From positions 1 through 38,646 of the forward strand of contig JAEOUE010000114.1 of the NCBI GenBank assembly GCA_016839515.1: DNA of 38,646 bases. Direction: 5' to 3'. Source of the DNA: Candidatus Hodarchaeum mangrovi. Lineage in GTDB: Archaea; Asgardarchaeota; Heimdallarchaeia; Hodarchaeales; Hodarchaeaceae. The notes beneath the pieces are model-generated. The model made no database searches and was not told where the DNA came from. It saw nothing but the letters and a program-made list of their open reading frames with translations. The position numbers were made by a program, and so were the translations under genes. Below, one piece after another: positions 35,524 to 38,646 of the stretch; the stretch's first letter is position 1, and every line of letters begins with the position of its first letter.

Positions 35524-37326
35524 ATGGGTCTCTACAGAGCAATATCAGATGAAAAATACGAACGGGAGTATTCAGATCGCGAACTTTTGACTCGATATAT
35601 TCGTAGAATACATCCTTTTAAAAGAAGTATCTTCTTAATTTCTCTTTTCATTCTTATAACAACAATAGCAGATATCACAATTCCTTTAATAGTTGGAATA
35701 GCTGTTGATGAACTTGAAAGTATCAATCCCGATCTAATTTTTGTAATTACCTTGGGATTTATTTACTTAATTTTGCAGTCTATCATTTGGGTTACCTTTG
35801 CATTACGCCGAATAGAGATTGGGAACTTTATTCCCTTCTTCCTTGAGAAAATTCGGATGGATATCTTTGATAAGCTTCAAGAACAGGATATGAGTTTTTT
35901 TGATAGACATCTAAGTGGCAGTTTAAATTCCAGGATATCTAATGATACAATGGATTTTGGTGATTCAACAATTCTGCTTGCAGACACATTAGGAAACTTA
36001 CTTATTACTGTTGTAACTTTTGGGATACTTTTAATCTTAAATCCAGTTTTAGCTCTTATTACTCTTACAGCAGTTCCGATCCTTTTTCTCTTAATGTTTT
36101 CGTTGCGAAAGTTAGCGCGAATAGTCTCACGTGCCTACAGAAAATCAATAGCTAAAATAAATTCAGCAATGGTTGAATCTATAGAAGGCATTCAAGTATG
36201 TAAGAGCTATGGACAGGAATTTACTGTCTCTGAACAATTCAACAAGACGAACATTGAATATTTTAAGTCAGCATACCGTTTGACTGCTGTAACTCATGTT
36301 TGGAGGTCAATTCTCGAAACTATAACAGCAATAGTTCTGATAATAATTGTTTATCTAGGTGGACAGTTAGTAGCTCAAGGAACAACCAACATCGGAATGA
36401 TTTTAATGTACATTCTATATATTCAGAGATTTTTCGGTCCAATTATGATATTGGCGACATTTTATCCCCAATTAAGTACAGCTATGGCAGCATATGAACG
36501 TATTCTTGAAATTCTTGATTCCAAACCTGATGTGAAGCAAAGTTTAACAGCTAATAAAGCTGATAAAATAAAAGGAGAAATTCTTTTCGATAATCTTACC
36601 TTTTATTATCGAGAAGGAGAATATGTCTTTAAAAATTTTAATTTAAAGATTAAAAAAGGTGAAAAGCTGGCCATAGTAGGACATACAGGTGCTGGAAAAT
36701 CCAGTCTTGTAAATCTTCTAATGCGTTATTATGAGTTTCAAGGTGGCTTAATTAAAATAGATGGGATCGATATCAGGGATTTTGATCTCTATTCTTTCAG
36801 AAAAAACATAGGAATGGTTCAACAAGATGTATTTTTATTCTCTGGTACCATTGAAGAAAATATCCGCTATGGAAATCCAGAGGCTTCCACAACAGCTCTT
36901 TGGAATGCAATTCGTTCTGTCCATGCAGATGAATTTCTTGAATATTTGCCTGAAGGAATAAAAACCCAAGTAGGGGAAAGGGGAAAAGGATTATCAGCAG
37001 GTCAAAAGCAACTTATTAGTTTTGCAAGGGCCTTATTAGCTGACCCCAAAATTCTTATTCTAGATGAAGCTACCTCCTCTGTAGATGCTTATACCGAGGC
37101 CATTATTCAAGAAGCCTTGGAAATATTATTAACTAATCGAACGTCTATTATCATCGCTCATAGACTTTCGACTATTCAAAAAGCAGACAGAATCATTGTC
37201 TTAGAAAAAGGACAAATTATTGAGGAAGGAACTCACGAGATTTTATTAGGTAAAGGGGGAAAATACGGCCAACTTTACAAACAATATTATGAGCATCAGA
37301 ATATCGAGTGGACACCGTCAACATGA
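35524..37326 (+). CDS. ABC exporter half-transporter (TMD+NBD), subunit with consensus Walker B
   Basis: 6 TM; GHTGAGKSS, LSAGQKQL, ILILDEATSSVD, AHRL. Confidence 0.93.
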   Translation: MGLYRAISDEKYEREYSDRELLTRYIRRIHPFKRSIFLISLFILITTIADITIPLIVGIAVDELESINPDLIFVITLGFIYLILQSIIWVTFALRRIEIGNFIPFFLEKIRMDIFDKLQEQDMSFFDRHLSGSLNSRISNDTMDFGDSTILLADTLGNLLITVVTFGILLILNPVLALITLTAVPILFLLMFSLRKLARIVSRAYRKSIAKINSAMVESIEGIQVCKSYGQEFTVSEQFNKTNIEYFKSAYRLTAVTHVWRSILETITAIVLIIIVYLGGQLVAQGTTNIGMILMYILYIQRFFGPIMILATFYPQLSTAMAAYERILEILDSKPDVKQSLTANKADKIKGEILFDNLTFYYREGEYVFKNFNLKIKKGEKLAIVGHTGAGKSSLVNLLMRYYEFQGGLIKIDGIDIRDFDLYSFRKNIGMVQQDVFLFSGTIEENIRYGNPEASTTALWNAIRSVHADEFLEYLPEGIKTQVGERGKGLSAGQKQLISFARALLADPKILILDEATSSVDAYTEAIIQEALEILLTNRTSIIIAHRLSTIQKADRIIVLEKGQIIEEGTHEILLGKGGKYGQLYKQYYEHQNIEWTPST

Positions 37327-37469
37327 TTGGCTAAAAAGCTATGGGGAAACAATAGATGAGATCCCAGCTGTATGTTGTGATCGATCATCAATCAGTTTTC
37401 TGGTAGGATCTAATAAATTAGATTCGAATAGATTGATTTAATAGATGAATTGAACTAGTTGGAATCAAC

Positions 37470-38270
37470 ATGGAGTATAAGTTAGACCGTGACGTGCACA
37501 TGGAACAGATAGGAGAGAACCGTTTTGTGATAGAGATATCACGTGACTGGAACATTGTAGCTCCTCATGGGGGGTATCTGATGGCAATTGCAGGTAAAGT
37601 ATTTCACGAAATTACTAATTTCAATATTCCATTGTCAATGACTGCTTACTATCACAAGCCCACACTTCCTGGTAAAGCGGTATTGTTTGTCAACAGAGTC
37701 ATGGAAAATAAGAGGTTAGTTACAGCAAAAATAACTTTACTACAGGAAAATAATGAAATTATTTCGTTCATAGGAACTTTCACACGAGAGAATGCGTTTA
37801 AGGGATTAACACTAATACAAAAACAACCATTACTGCCTGATCTTAATACATGTATTGAATTTCCTTATCCACGGTACCCATTTTTCAACCAAGTCAAGCT
37901 ATGTGTCCCACCAGATCAATTTAGCTGGGTAGACGGAGATACTGGAGGAGAAACCTTTTTCTCTGGGTATTTTAGTTTTCAAGATGGTCGGCCATTAGAT
38001 GGACTTGCTGTACTGTTACTAGCTGACGCTTCCCCACCACCTGTTCTGCGTTACACGGGTCCAGTCCAATGGGTACCTACCATCGAAATGTCAGTTCAAG
38101 TAAGATATGTTCCACCAGGAACACGCCTTGGTTTCCAGTCAAGCACAAACTTTGTGACTAATGGACTTACAGAGACTGATGTTGAACTATGGAGTGAAAA
38201 AGGAGAACTTGTGGCGATTGGTAGGCAACTAGCTGTTATTAGGGAAACAAATCGTAACATTAAGAAATAA
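37470..38270 (+). CDS. Double hot-dog acyl-CoA thioesterase family protein (TesB-like)
   Basis: WNIVAPHGGYLMA, LLLADASPP, WVPTIEMSV, DVELWSEKGELVAIGRQLA. Confidence 0.88.
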   Translation: MEYKLDRDVHMEQIGENRFVIEISRDWNIVAPHGGYLMAIAGKVFHEITNFNIPLSMTAYYHKPTLPGKAVLFVNRVMENKRLVTAKITLLQENNEIISFIGTFTRENAFKGLTLIQKQPLLPDLNTCIEFPYPRYPFFNQVKLCVPPDQFSWVDGDTGGETFFSGYFSFQDGRPLDGLAVLLLADASPPPVLRYTGPVQWVPTIEMSVQVRYVPPGTRLGFQSSTNFVTNGLTETDVELWSEKGELVAIGRQLAVIRETNRNIKK

Positions 38271-38275
38271 GCAAT

Positions 38276-38632
38276 TTATTCTTCCTCAAAACCATACTTT
38301 ATTTCCTCTAGTTCAATAGTATCTTCAGGTATTATGATAGAGGAAGATGTTTTGGTTGCTACAGGAGATAGTTCCGGTATTTTTCTGAACCTCCAAAGGT
38401 ATAGTGCGACTAATAATCCTAGGGAAAAACCAATAATTTCTAAGATTTCTGAGATCATTGCGATGACAAGTAGAATGGAAAAGGGATCACTAAGGATAAT
38501 ACTGAATGAAAAGCTCGGTACTCCTATTGGAATCAATAATAATAGATGCATTGTCCGTAAAAAGATCACAAACATTCCAAACAGAAAAACACTAATTCGT
38601 ATCAAACCTTTTGAATAATCCTCTCCAGCCAT
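38276..38632 (-). CDS. Hypothetical 2-TM membrane protein
   Basis: Two hydrophobic segments and an acidic tail; convergent with the thioesterase across a 5-bp gap. Confidence 0.6.
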   Translation of the reverse strand: MAGEDYSKGLIRISVFLFGMFVIFLRTMHLLLLIPIGVPSFSFSIILSDPFSILLVIAMISEILEIIGFSLGLLVALYLWRFRKIPELSPVATKTSSSIIIPEDTIELEEIKYGFEEE

Positions 38633-38646
38633 TAACCGTGAAATGA

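Noticed and set aside
272-38618. Short antisense or alternate-frame ORFs in the track (for example 4105-4419, 8324-8623, 30217-30585, 38334-38618)
   Set aside because: They overlap longer, better-supported genes, show shadow-ORF composition and have no recognisable motifs.

Overview
AT-rich, gene-dense prokaryotic chromosome segment with about 35 credible CDSs. I recognised no rRNA, tRNA, CRISPR array, transposase or integrase. The content points to an Asgard archaeon, probably Heimdallarchaeia/Hodarchaeales (inference). The markers are a Rab-like small GTPase, a 2039-aa single-pass surface protein ending in a longin/roadblock-like cytoplasmic domain, a PGF/Heimdall-CTERM-type anchored protein, archaeal wHTH regulators and an all-TPR protein. 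Two candidate systems stand out. (1) 17.9-28.2 kb: a giant receptor-like protein, a small secreted protein sharing a 149-aa domain with it (about 70% identical by hand count), a GC-rich three-way-junction element upstream of both, a surface-anchored DJ-1/PfpI protein and a Rab-like GTPase with Glu at the catalytic Gln position. (2) 29.6-33.6 kb: an M50-like membrane metalloprotease beside a membrane-tethered wHTH regulator, facing a yxlEFG-like ABC operon whose upstream region has palindromes phased exactly 21 bp apart. Also present are a PadR/HAAS-RDD/CPBP protease operon with a perfect operator, a hydroxylysine kinase/phospho-lyase-type fusion, an orphan Dam-type methylase and an amber-interrupted MBL remnant. 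All family calls come from motifs read by eye, not from database searches.
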